Shown here: positions 1-17,846 of the stretch, in pieces
Layout of the letters: each line of letters starts with the position of its first letter
Numbering within the stretch: position 1 is the first letter of the stretch
From: Auanema rhodensis
Lineage: Eukaryota > Animalia > Nematoda
DNA: 64,000 bases
NCBI GenBank assembly: GCA_964057225.1
Contig: OZ059899.1
Span: forward strand, 13,454,001 to 13,518,000
Reading direction: 5' to 3'
Position numbers and translations under genes: made by a program
Notes under the pieces: model-generated
The model's input: only the letters and a program-made list of their open reading frames with translations
What the model was told of the DNA's origin: nothing
Database searches by the model: none

Positions 1-1560
1 ATTTTCATGTCTCATCATGGCGGTGGTGCCGGTAATAACTGGGCCAGTGGATATATCCAGGGAAAGTTGGTTTTGTATGAAAGTTCTTAATATTTTGCAA
101 ACTTTGAAGTGAAGTTAATGAAAAAATCATGGACATAATTGAACGAGAAGTTGAAAACAGTGATAGGATGGATGGATTCTTGTTTACTCACTCTGTTTCT
201 GGAGGAACAGGATCAGGTTTAGGCTCACATGTACTCGAAGATGTCCGTGATAGGTAAATATATTTTGTATATTTAATTTCTTGATGTAACGACATTGTAG
301 GTTCCCCAAAAAAGTTATCCAGACGTACTCCGTTTTTGCTAGTCAACAGCAAGATGAATCATCTGGAGATGTTGTTGTAGCACCTTATAACTGTGTATTA
401 TCAATGGAAAGGTTAATCGAACATGCTGGCAAGTTTTTCTTCACCTCAACTTTATAACTATCATCAGTTCAGACGAAGTCATTGTTTTGGATAATGCTGC
501 TTTGAACAGATTAGCTGCTGGAAAATTCCAAACGCAAAAACCTACTTTTGATCACATCAATTCACTTGTAAGTTAGCGCTTTACCTATTTAAATATTTGG
601 CTTTTTAGGTAACAAGAATCATGTCCACTTCTACTGCTCCCTTCAGATTCCAATCTCCTATCTTGTCTGATATACACTCCCTTCATATCAATCCTTTCCC
701 ACCTCTCAAATTCATTCAAGCAGGTCACATTTTTTAAACATTTAATAATAACTTTATAAATATAATCAATTCTTGTAAACAATGATTACATAGAATTCTT
801 ATTCACATACTTATATAGGCTTCTCACCTGTTGTTGATCCTGATCAAAAATTCACAAGAAAGACTTCTGTGAATGATATTATTAGATATTTGTTGAAGCC
901 AACTTCTATGATGGTAACTAATTAAGGCAAAGTTTGTTCTTCATCACAGATTCTTTTCAGGTTTCTACTGCACATCATTCCAAATCTTCGCATTGTATGC
1001 TGGCAGGTTTGATGTTGTTGCAAGGAAATATTGAAGGAGAAGCTCTTCACTCGACCTTTTATACCGAAAGGGTTTGGATCTTCGTATTACTTTCATATCG
1101 TATATCCTATTATTTCAGTCAGTTGTACATAATATTAATCGCGCTCCTTGGGATGACATGAATCCTCTGAAAATCATGTACTCACCTTCCTCTCCTTATG
1201 TAAAATCTCAATTTAAAGTAAGTCAATACTCTGATTTCCTGTTTGCCATATTATTTTCGAACAAAAATTGTAATTGAAGCCTCGTTTCATCTTTTAGGTC
1301 TCTGGATTACTCCTTAACAATAGTACTAGTATTGCACCAATGTTTAGCAAAATCTTAGCTCAATTCAAGAAATTGAGAAGTAAGAATGCTTTCATCGATA
1401 GATTCACCAGAGAAGTATGAAGAATATTAATAGTCTAAATGAACATTTAATCTGTTTGCAGGAAGGTTTTACTGCTGATATGATGGACCATTCAGCTGAA
1501 CAAGTATCTGAGCTTATCGAAATGTACCATGACATTGAACAAGAAAATTTCTTCTCTTAA
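1..1560 (+). CDS. tbg-1: Gamma-tubulin, 5'-truncated by the window edge, multi-exon
   Basis: Spliced translation gives [18 protein letters not shown]...[15 protein letters not shown]...DVVVAPYN...VLDNAALNR...[22 protein letters not shown] is gamma-tubulin specific. Stop TAA at 1558-1560. Confidence 0.93.
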
Positions 1561-2062
1561 CTTTATGAACGCATCAATAACTAATATTAGTATGCATATT
1601 ATTTGAAGTAGCTCACGGTTTTATGGTGTCTTAAAACGAGTTTCACTTGTCAGATCTCTGATGTTTTAAAAAATAAACATATCAATTTGATATTTGTAAA
1701 GAAACCATATTTTTTATTTTTTTTTTATATTGTTCTTATCTTGCTTCTCATTTTGTTATTGCCATTCAGACTAGCATTCAAACTATCAATACTTTCAACA
1801 TTCTGAAGATATTTAATTTTCGTTAGTCATTACACCAACTCTCTTTGTCTTATCACACTATTATGCTTATTGGGAAAAATTGAACATATTCAACGGCAAC
1901 TTAATATGGCGCATGTGAGCGGAGGTTGGATGGAAAGAAAGAGATAGTGTGACATGTGATTAATTCTTATGTTTCAACCATCCAACACTTCTCCTAGCAC
2001 TATTAAACGAAAGTTTTCGTTCGTACAGCCATACAGCCGTAACAATAATCATAGCAAAAGCT

Positions 2063-2076
2063 GTTTCCCTAGAAAC
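2063..2076. promoter_or_regulatory. X-box-like (RFX/DAF-19) palindrome upstream of the NIPA gene
   Basis: GTTTCC-CT-AGAAAC fits RTHNYY-WT-RRNRAC with one spacer mismatch, in the intergenic region 5' of NIPA. Confidence 0.3.
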
Positions 2077-2763
2077 GCCCTCCGACTAATGCCGTAACAA
2101 GCAGTCATGCTAATCGATATAACATATAGTTTTTCGCTCCACGTACACAGTTTTCAGAGTTATCGCAATAAAATATGTGATAGTTTTACCTTTTCTCGTG
2201 ATGCAAAATATACTAAATGTAACTTGAGACAAAGTTTTCATATTTCGTCCGTAAATATACGTCTCTCAGGTTTTGCAGAAATTGTCCTCATATGTAATGT
2301 AAACGTTTATTGGGCTGTCCACGTTTTCTTTCTTTTTTTAAAAGTATTATAAACATGAAATACTTATTTTTATCTGTATTAACTTTTTTTTCCTTAGTTA
2401 ATTTATTATTTTTAACATTTTTTTTTCGTCCTAAGTATCATTTTGGTTTCTTCAAAAGTTGAGTGTATCATTTATTATTTTAATACATTTTTCATTTACT
2501 GATCCCTTATAATGTTTTTCTGTTTTTCTCTCCTTTTCTTGTTTCAAAAATCGTTTTCCTGTGTTCATTTTTTGGTTTCTTTGTATAATTCCAACCTATT
2601 CAGAATGAGCAAGTGATCTTTAGTTGATTGAAGTTTGGCTGATATCACGACAATATTTCATACAGGTAAGCTTACTATTGTTGTCAGCTTATTCACATGT
2701 TTGTGTTGAGAAAATTTTTTCTTTTTTGATGTTTGGAGCTAATTTATAAATTTACAGATCAAA

Positions 2764-5696
2764 ATGACTAACAACGGTAATGTGATTTCTGTATCATTTC
2801 GGTAAGTACAGCATGTGATTTTTTTTGAGTTTATTTATTTTTTGTACTACATATTCTTTCGTTTTCCTAATTGTTGGTGGGCTGTAGTGTTGGTGTGAAC
2901 TCTTTGATATAAAACCATCGAGTACTTTCTCCTATGAATCATCATTGCAAACTCATGTTTATCAAGTTTACCCTCCTTATGGTCCGCCCTCATACATCCC
3001 ATTATTATTGATTTCTCACTGTTTAACTAGCTCAGCTCTTTTGCCATTTTTTTTTACTAAATAGGTCTTGTTTTTTATGAATTTTTCCCATTATGGCTTA
3101 ACCTTTTCACCATACCGTATATGAATTGTATGAACTATATCCTTCATCTATTACGTCGTTTTGGTTATCGTCGTTTGAAGCAGTAATTCCTATTCTTTCA
3201 TTTGCTTTCACGCTTTTTTTTTTTTAATTTTTCTATTTTCTATTATTTGCTATTTTTAAGTTAATTATGATTTTTCACGTGTTTGTGAGCTGATTTTCAA
3301 TGATTGAAGTGATCGTGTATACATGTCACCACGGTAACGTTGTTTTGCAAAATTGTATGCTTTTACTTTTGTTGCTTTCTTTTTGAAGATCGTTTGTGTT
3401 TTTCTACGTAAACTGTTACAAATATGTGTGAAAGCTGTGCTCTGGCAGGAAGCAAACAGTTTGCTCTTATTGATGTTCACAGCGTTATCAATTTGTAAAT
3501 CGATTCCTAATTAAATTAGTTTTTAATTATTGAAGCACGAAGTTTATGAAGCAGTTTATCGCATCCTTTTCATGATCATCTTTCAATTTCTGAAGCTGGC
3601 ACCTCTCATCTAATCAATCACATGATACTCATGTTTTCTGTTCCTGTAAGGAAAATTATTTCTTGATTATCGCGTATCTTATCGAGTCATTTAAGCTTTT
3701 GACTAGTTATTGCTCCGAGTGGCAATTGTCTATATTGAATATGTCTATTTACCTACTATACTTCTCTAAAAAAGAAATTAATGATTCTTTATTTGCTATG
3801 AGTATTACGGCAGCCCAGTACTATTTATCTATGAATCACTGTGAAATCTTGGAATTGTAACCTGAATTCTTGTATTTTTTTTCTATCTTTACTCTGTGTT
3901 ACATCAACATTATCAAATGATGTTAAAATCTTTTTGAAACTCTTGAACCTTAATGCTTCTCTGTTGCATCCAGAATCCACTCCGAATTTTGAATTCTTTG
4001 CCATTCATGAAGTTTTCAAAATGTATTAAATCGACGATCGGCTTATCGCCCGTCGTCCCTTGACTTGTTGCCTATATTGTTATCTAGAGACCTCTGATTG
4101 CCAGTATCGATTGCTAGTTTACCTTCATGCATATGATAGAAGATTTCCTTTACTAATACAATATGTTAAACTAATTCTTATTCGTCTTCATTTTAGGATG
4201 AATGGAAACAATAGTGTGCCAGTAGAAGTGGATTCCTTGAACCAGGATGATCAGAGCAATTTCACAGATTTCTATATTGGGCTTATACTCGCTGTATCAT
4301 CCTCTATCTTTATTGGCAGTTCGTTCATCATTAAGAAAAAAGCCTTGCTCAAAGTAAGTTCCTGCTGATTGCTATAGAACTTTTGATGCTTAATCTTTTC
4401 TTGATAACGTAATTAATCTATTTATTTCAGTTAGCAAATGGTGATATTTCTCAAAGAGCTAGTGAAGGAGGTTTCGGGTATTTGAAGGAATGGATGTGGT
4501 GGATGGGTGTGATAACAAGTAAGCCGGTTATTTTCTTTAGTATAATTACAAACAATTTGTTTAGTGGGAGTTGGAGAACTTTGCAATTTTGCTGCCTACG
4601 GCTTTGCTCCTGCTAGTTTAGTAACTCCTCTTGGAGCTCTATCTGTTATTGTAACGTAAGATTGTTGTATCTTTTCTCAAAACCATAAATCGTTTGTGTT
4701 CAGGGCTGTGTTATCTTCGCGAATGCTCAAAGAACGTTTGAATTTACTGGGGAAAATAGGTTGTGCTGTATGTTTACTGGGATCTACAGTTATCGTTATT
4801 CATTCCCCAAAAGAAGAAGAAGTAGCGTCGATGAAAGATTTAGCAGATAAAATGAAGGATGCAAGTAAGTAAAACAATAATATTTCAAATATTTATACTC
4901 TTGTTTAAGTGTTTATATTATATGTAATCATGGTCATATTTGTAACTCTTGTTCTCGTAATATACGTTGCTCCCCGATACGGACATTCAAATATAGTTAT
5001 TTATATAACTGTATGTTCCTTGATTGGATCCTTATCTATTCTTTCTGTAAAGGTAGGATATCAGAATTTTATTCATCTGAGAATCATACAATTTGCAGGG
5101 TTTAACGTTAGCTATAAAAGAAACTTTCTCTGGAAATCAACAATTTACGAATGTCTTAACGTATTTTTGGATAGCTAGTGTGGCAATATGCGTCTCAGTG
5201 CAATTGGTTCGTCTATTCATTATTAATTTTAAATATTTTTATTTTTCAGATTTATTTGAATAAGGCTCTGGATATTTTCAATACTTCTATGGTTACTCCA
5301 ATTTATTATGTGTTTTTCACTACTTTCGTCATCTTGGCTTCTTCTATTTTATACAAAGTATACTTTTTCTTTTTCGGATATATAGTTAAATATTCATATT
5401 CAGGAATGGTCCTGTCTTGGTGCTTCTGATATCTTGGGAAATGTTGTAGGATTTTTAACTACTATTATCGGAATTTTCCAGGTACCTACATTTAAGAGAA
5501 AAACATTGTAAACTTGTTTAACTTGCAGATGCAGCTCTTTAGAGATGTCAATATCACTTGGCGTCAGATTAGAATGCTTCTTAATAGGCCGTCTTCTTCT
5601 GTTCTTTCCTTAGACCTTACAAATTCTGCGACGAATCTCGTTGATGATTTTTGCATTCAAGAGTCACAACACAGTAGGCGTAACATCTACACTTAA
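2764..5696 (+). CDS. nipa-1: NIPA-family magnesium transporter (NIPA2-like), multi-exon
   Basis: [94 protein letters not shown]. First coding exon 2764-2801 ([12 protein letters not shown]) splices in frame to 4197; an alternative start is ATG 4198. Stop TAA at 5694-5696. Confidence 0.92.
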
Positions 5697-7234
5697 ATAT
5701 GGTAACCGATTGTGATCTTTTTTCCACTTTCAAGACTTCAAATACGTTGCTTGCTCACTAGATTGCCATTATCTCTTTGTTTTCCTTTCGTTTTCTAACG
5801 GTATTAATCGTTAGAATATTTTTTCTATTATTAAGTTTGAATCATTTGAGATCAAATTGCATTTATATCATACACGGATAGTAGGAACATTTTTCTGATG
5901 TTTCTATTGACTCGTTTCATCCAGGATTTCCCGATAGAGGTGCCTATATAGATGTATATGCTTTCATGTCAATTGAGTGACTAACTGTCCATTATTATTT
6001 TCTTGTATTTATGTCGTAGCTTTATGCTTTGTATTCTTGCCTAGCGATTTCTTCACAGCCCTCTCCTACTGTTTCAAATTTTTAAAATAGTTTTCACTGT
6101 AGTCTAATATTTAAATTAGTATTTTTATATTGAGATTTGATTTTCTATTATCGCTGGCCTAAACGCTTTGTTCTCTAAACCAACCTGGGAAGTATGACAG
6201 TTTTGGGAAATTGTGAATCATATGGGCCAACCGGTGTCCGCTTTATCTTATTTTTCTGCTCTTTTGTTCATAACTTCACTAACACTGGTGGTGTTAAATT
6301 TTATTGGGTATATTTGAAATTTAATGAGTTTAAGATGTCATTCATCCTTTTTTATCCAAATATATGACCACGTATCGGCCCATTTCATGACAAATAATAA
6401 GCATAGTTTACTTTTTTCAATATTGAAGTGTTGTTAGTTTTTTTTTTCGAAGAGTTTAAGAACATTTATTCCTTATTTTGTGAGTTGTTCGTGGAGTTAT
6501 ATGTCTGATTATTCACCTAATTGTTTTTTTAATTACCATTTCAACGTGTTGTACATATCAGAGTACACAGATAAACATATTGTTTCTTGTTTTCTCTTTA
6601 TTAGAATATTCTTCTATTTTTACGTAAATCTTATTATCATACCATTTTCAGTTCTCAACAGAATTAGGTTAAGTTCATAAGGATTGAATAGCGAGTTCAC
6701 ACTGTATTTACGTACAGGAAGAACTCGTGTGGTGATTTGCGGAGATTTCAGGATAATTGGGTGTTGTTGATCGCAAATCATCATGATTTGTCTGTTGCAT
6801 GAATTATCACAAACTATATATACTTTTTCTAGATATTAAGTTTTTTATATTTTTTTGTAATAATAATTCATGCATTTCCGATGAGGTATAACGACAATAG
6901 CGGAATTTCATTTGAAATTTAAAAAAAATGAAGTTCGGTCGTACAGAATATCATTGTGCATTGAAACAATAGTATACAACTAATAAATGAGTGGAAGGCG
7001 TTTCATTTCTTCAAACATTATAAGCTTGACAATGGATGCGCGCCAATTCATATTTGTTCAATATACAAAAGCTTACATGTAGTTATATCAGAGAAACCGG
7101 ATAAATTAAAAGGTGATAACAAAAAGCATTTAGGTACATCAGATTAAGCTTCGTTGATATCAAGCAGTATTGTTACTATTACCGGTTCAGAGAAATTTGA
7201 GTACAGAACCAGACACCCAGAAACAGACTTGTCA

Positions 7235-7285
7235 GAGACGGAGAGACTAGTCGCATGAGGGCTCTACTCCAGCCCCTCCCCGCCC
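7235..7285. promoter_or_regulatory. GC-rich promoter-like island with GC-box (CCCCGCCC) and GAGACG motif
   Basis: GAGACGGAGAGAC and CCCCTCCCCGCCC in otherwise very AT-rich DNA, about 340 nt upstream of the candidate gene at 7629. Confidence 0.35.
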
Positions 7286-7628
7286 TTGTGTTTAACGTTC
7301 CAAAATTTATTTTTTTCTTATTCATTTCACACACTTAAAATAAAATTCATTTTAAGAATTATTTAATATTTTATCACCTATTCTTTGTTCTAATGTAGAA
7401 TATTCATACTATCTTATCAGTTTTTATTTTTAAAGTAGCCATAATTTTTGTGAGAAAATCCAATACAATCACAATAAAATCTGAGTTATCTTTTCTTCAT
7501 TCATGTTAATTATTATTATCTTTTTAATATATAACTAAAATCTTTTTGGGAAGAAAAAAACTTTTTCTGATTTTGTTTTTTCGGATATATTTTAATGTCA
7601 CTTGTTAACCTTAGCATGGCAGAGTATT

Positions 7629-8073
7629 ATGAATCTTACTTCAAAATCTCAACTCATGAACAACAGGCGTTTAAAGCGGTTTTTCCTGTCTGTTATCATG
7701 TGAAAAACTTCAATGGAAATCAAATTTTTGTCTTAAAGCCTTTTTTGGACGAGCTTATTCAACTTACTGATGCCGTCTGTCGTATTGATCACCCTAAACA
7801 TGTCGATGACTACGCCAGATGCTATTGACAATAGATCAAGTCGAATTAGGCATCAGATGTGAATAATTATGTTTTCCAGGTTATGGAAAAGGGTCATCAA
7901 ATAGGAATAGGCTGAACTGGCTACCAGAAACAGATATTTGGATACCTGTAAAAAATAACACTAAATTTAAATCAGAAGGCAAAAACTGTACGAATTTCAA
8001 GATGAAATTTTTCCTAGTAGTCTGTTTTCTTTGTATCTGCTTGGTATTTTATGTTCTAGGCGCATTAAGATGA
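7629..8073 (+). CDS. Candidate orphan 114-aa membrane microprotein (3 exons: 7629-7678, 7739-7839, 7880-8073)
   Basis: Two GT-AG introns of 60 and 40 nt join three open segments in phase. The product has N- and C-terminal hydrophobic stretches. Donors are weak and no family was recognised. Confidence 0.35.
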
Positions 8074-10174
8074 ATAGTAAAAATATACACTCCATCTGCT
8101 CCAAGTTGAACGAAAACTACATATCTCTCTCGTTCAAGGGGGTGGAGGAGAAAGATCTGCCTTAACCAAGCAGACGGCAGATACGACAAAGCGCTGTAAT
8201 AATAGCAACAAAGCATTGCCGTCCAGGTTTTTAGCACTTCTATGCCTTGTCATTTTACACGTTTGAATGATCTCCTTTTTTGGCATTTCTATTAGATGAG
8301 AGATAGTTGCAGGCATCAATGTCATCGTTCTGTAACCCAACGGTGCATTGAGGCAGTTGTCTATGTTTCGTTTTTCCACCTGTTGTATCGAATTTATCAA
8401 TTATCATCACCAACCACTGTATATACAAAGTGTTCGTCACTGCGGTCCTAGCCTCATCGTTATTTTTTCTTTCAACGACATTAAAACACTGTTTTTTGAT
8501 TCTTAATTGATGTTAAATCCTACGATGTTTGTTTTCTATGAAAACTTTTATGAAGATTAAGTGCGATTTTATATTTTTGTTTTGTTCTCCTTCCTCAAAC
8601 ATAGACCAAGAGACGCTGAAACTTTTTTTATACAGTCCCACCGTTTTGTTGTCACTACTAACAGTCAGATTCCTTCTCTTATTTCTCATATTATCCATTT
8701 TCTTATCGTCATCCTCGAAATTTCGCCCGAGGCACTCGTTCGGACGACACTGCAAGTCCTCCGGTATTCGGATTGTTTATTCAACTCTTCTTGTCTTTTC
8801 CTGTCTTTCACTTGCTTTGTGTCTGCGTAATGTTCCAGCGGCAAATATATTTGTCGTCGTAGTAACTCATTTGCCAATAGTTGACACAGTTTCTGGAAAA
8901 GTTTTTCAACTAAATCATGGCTATTTCCCGCGTTTATTATACGTTTGTCAATGCACTGTCTAGTTTGCTGAGAAGATTTGATAAGATCTGGTAAACTACG
9001 TTGTCCTTTGGGAAATACTGAGTGATTTATAATTTCTAGATTTCAAATAATATCGTGCTACACTGCTAAGATTCTATTACGGTCGTTCCCGTCCTTAATT
9101 ACAAATGATTCTCTTCAATGTTGCTTTCGTAGTTTAGTAACGAAACATTTTCCTGAATCACTTATCTCCTAATTCTATTTAAATGCCTTTATTATTGATC
9201 TAATTGAGGGTGTACTGTTCATCCTCGACGTCTCACAGCCGCCCACTTCAGGTTCTAGCAGGTCCCTCTCTCTGAAAAAAAATCCGTAATTTGTTTACAA
9301 AAGCTATATTGGTTGCTTTTTCCTCTTTTTGAACGTTTTTGACATCATAACTTTATTATTTCTATCACTAGCAAACAGTAGTAAATTGATTTCACTTATT
9401 GACTAACCTTTGTTGCATTCCAGTCTTCTTCATAAGGCAATATTATTGTCTGAAAATCTTCTCTTTAAATGTTTTTTTTGCTGTTTCGGGCAAAGTATTG
9501 CACTTTCGCTTGACAATTTTTTCTGAAGAAATATTATTGTTGAGTAATACTTTTTCTTTCTCTTCCCCTTTTTATCAATTGGATTGAAATGAAAAGGCAG
9601 TATTCTATATTTGATAAAAATATTAGTTTCTTCTATAAGAACGAACCATTTCTTTGAGGCCACTGAATTTGTTACTTACAGTTTTTTTTTTCAAAGAATA
9701 AATAAGGAAATGTTCTTTCACATCTTTTTTATTTGTTTTATTTGTCTACTTTTTTTTAAAATAAATTCGATTTGTTATCATGTTTATAATAATTGTTTTC
9801 AACTTTTCTTATCACTTGACCATTCTTCCTTTTGAGCATCGCGAGCTGATGAATCACGTGTGTCTTGAAAAAAGTTCGAGATAGTCTATTCCAATTTTTG
9901 GTAAGGTTCCTTAAACCTCATGACAAAATTTTGTCTTGTCAATACTAACTATTGTAATAACTTTTCGTCGTTAGCTCCTATAACGTTCTTCAATTTAATC
10001 GTTATTATTAGATGTTTCATACATATACATATTAGTTGTGTGATTTTCAGCCTTTTCTTCCTTATTGTTTCCGAGGGCCTAAGATCAATATATACTGCTA
10101 GCTGTAGTAGGTGAGATTAAGTTTTTTTCTCTTATTATTAATACTAATATAGGTCTCTATAAACATCACGAAAC

Positions 10175-11330
10175 ATGTCGGAAACATTATCACGGTTAAT
10201 ATCATTAACGGCCGGTACCTTATACCCAGCTTATAAAAGTTATAAGGCAAGTGACATCAATTTGTCTACTTATTAGTTTTATTTTTCAGGCTGTGAGGAC
10301 TAAAGATGTTCGAGAATATGTTAAATGGATGATGTACTGGATTGTATTCGCAGTTTATTGTTTTGTTGAAAACATTGCTGATGTTTTAGTTGCATTTTGG
10401 TATGTCATAAACTGTCCACAACTCGATATTTTTTCTTTTTTTTTTCAGGTTTCCTTTTTATTTCCAATTGAAAATATTGTTTATGTTTTGGTTGCTCAGC
10501 CCGTGGACTAAGGGTGCATCAATTCTCTATAGAAAGGTTTTTTTTCATAATGCTTCATAATTTTTTTTTCCCGTTTTCAGTGGATTCATCCAAATTTAAT
10601 GTACTATGAAAAGGATATCGATGCCTTCCTAGAACAGGCAAAGTCAGAAAGTTATAACCAGGTAAGGAAATTAATTTCGATTGTCCTATTAATCAATACG
10701 TACATAAAAATTTTTTCTCTAATTCAAAGATGATATTTTATGACCAGTTGAGTCATTGTTATTATTTTGGTTTCATATAATTATCAATCTTTTATTACTT
10801 ACATTATAAAGTAAAAACAGAAAACTTTCTATTGAATGTTCGCAAAATGAATACTTTATCCGATATTCTTTCTTTCCTTTTTTTCTAATTTTAAACGTTT
10901 TAGATTGTACGAATCGGTAGCAGAACACTTTTGTGTGCCAAAGATATAGTCACAGAAGCCGCAGTTCGCGGCCAACAACAACTAGTCAATCAACTGCAGA
11001 GGTAGCTTTTTGCTTTTATTTCTTTACAGTTAAAGTTGCATGATTTAAGATCGCAAAGCATGAATGATGTTAATATTAAAAAATCTAGCGGAACCTTAAT
11101 CGAAGAGATACATGAAGAAGATGAGCGAACCGTGGATCAGGACTACGACCCAGATCAAGATCTATCTAGTAGTGAAGATGTAAAGTTAATATGTTGTATG
11201 ATAATTTTAACGAATATTCTTATAGAGCTCCAAAAGACGTCGTCGATCTAGATCCCGATCTCGCACATTGGAAGGATCAGAAAATCCCTATGCTACTATG
11301 CCTAGAAGAAATCCAACGCGCCGTCACTAA
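10175..11330 (+). CDS. Receptor expression-enhancing protein (REEP1-4 subfamily, TB2/DP1 domain)
   Basis: [24 protein letters not shown]|[21 protein letters not shown]...[29 protein letters not shown]|WIHP...RSQSMND, then a basic C-terminus. First intron is GC-AG. Stop TAA at 11328-11330. Confidence 0.92.
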
Positions 11331-11485
11331 ACACTATTACCATATTGATATAGACCTTAGCAGAAACATGGCCTTTAGCTTTTTTAATTTATTTTTAGCA
11401 TTCTCGCATCATCTTTGATTCATATTGAGGGTATATTCCTATAAAAGTGCCGAGTTTTTTTTCTAACCATTTTTAACGTCTATTA

Positions 11486-11870
11486 TTAGGTGTGCGCAAA
11501 AGTTTCTGGCCACCCACATTTAAATTCGAATAAATATTTTGAATTTGAAAATTAGCATAAACCAAATTCAAAATTATATTTAAAAATATTAAAAATTATA
11601 TTTTTGCTAGTTTAATCACTGGCAATGAAAAATGGAGCTTTTTTGAGAATCCAGACCCAAAAAAATTTTGTGTATCTCCAGGTGAAGCACTACCTCCAAC
11701 ACCTGAAACCAACAAACTGACCCCTAAAAAGGTGATGTTATGTGAAAACCCAAAAAAATTCATCTCCTTCATGACAATCCACGGCCACATGTGGCTGAAG
11801 ACGTTTGTCGAGTTGTGGAGGAAAATGGATGGGAGCTCCTGAAGCCTTTGAAACTTTTGCGCACACCTAA
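11486..11870 (+). mobile_element. Internally deleted (non-autonomous) mariner transposon
   Basis: Perfect 21-bp TIRs TTAGGTGTGCGCAAAAGTTTC / GAAACTTTTGCGCACACCTAA flanked by TA on both sides. Internal transposase remnants ITGNEKW (cf. TGDEKW), KKVMLC and LLHDNPRPHVA...GWELL (cf. HDNARPH). Confidence 0.93.
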
Positions 11871-12676
11871 TATTTTCTCATATAATGTATACCTTGAGTT
11901 CCTATTTCAGCATAATGGTTTAGTTATATATCATAGACAGCTCGCCATAGCTTGATTCTTCCCCGTTGATTCGTATTTCTACACTATTTTGTTAATCCTT
12001 GGACCTCGTCACCTTGGAAAAAATTGTAGTTCTACAGGTTTCCCTTTTAAATCTACCTAACATTTGGAAATTGATTTTCTGAAATCAAACATTTGTTAGG
12101 TTGTGAATGCCCAGGGAATTTTTTTTTCTTATTCACGCTACTGATTGTGTGCTCATTGTAAATATCAACCGTTCTCTGCAATATTTTCAAGAAAATGAAT
12201 TTTTCAAAGTAATAGTTTTAAATTAATAACAGTCTATCATAGATTTTGTATGAATATAATTCGAATCTAAAAATATAAATTCGGTAACGGCATTGAAAAC
12301 TATTTTAGTATTAGTTAGTAGCAGTTTTTTTCACGATAAAACATGATTATGATGGACAGAACAGACATAGGCAATTCACAGTAACTACAAAACCTAATAA
12401 TATAAAACTTTTTCTATAACAAGCGTTGTAGAGGAATTAAAGAAATCTTTTCATAGAAATCATTAAGTTATAGAAAATAATAACATATATACATATATAA
12501 TATTATATAATTGTTATTATAATCTCATGATAGGGAATAAGTGAATAGCACGTCCCGAAACACTACGAACAGTCGTTTCATCGAAAATGTGATTTCGTTA
12601 TACTTTATTTGAACATATGCTTTAATTTGAATTCATGAATTTTTGTATTTGCTTTTTCTAAATTTTTCACTCATAG

Positions 12677-17454
<4,778 letters not shown>

Positions 17455-17846
17455 ATTGTCTAGATACTCATACTTTTGATCATACGTGAATTTGTACAAA
17501 GCCTTTTTGTCATTTACATATCGATTATTAAGATCACTAACGCACATGCGGTTTTTATTTTTTAATACTATTATTACTATTATTATTGTTGTTGAGCTAT
17601 TTATTTTTGGTTGTTATTATGATGTTTCGTCCATTGAAGCCATACTTATCGTTTTCTCTTTTTATTTGTTTACTAAATGGTATTATATCCATTAATATTT
17701 AATATACAATCGTTATAAAATACCCATAGATCAAGCATAGTAATCATGAAAATAGCTTACTCTTTAATTCTTTAGAGAAAAAGCATTTAATCCCACGTAT
17801 TCTAACGTAAAACTTTCACATTCATTATTTTTTTACAGAGCTTCAA

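Noticed and set aside
6217-6390. Weak inverted repeat ATGGGCC...GGCCCAT
   Set aside because: Too short and degenerate to call a MITE.
7295-7310. Minus-strand ATAAATTTTGGAACGT resembles the Sm-site region of SL1 RNA
   Set aside because: No spliced-leader exon, donor or flanking stem-loops in the expected positions; an AT-rich chance match is likely.
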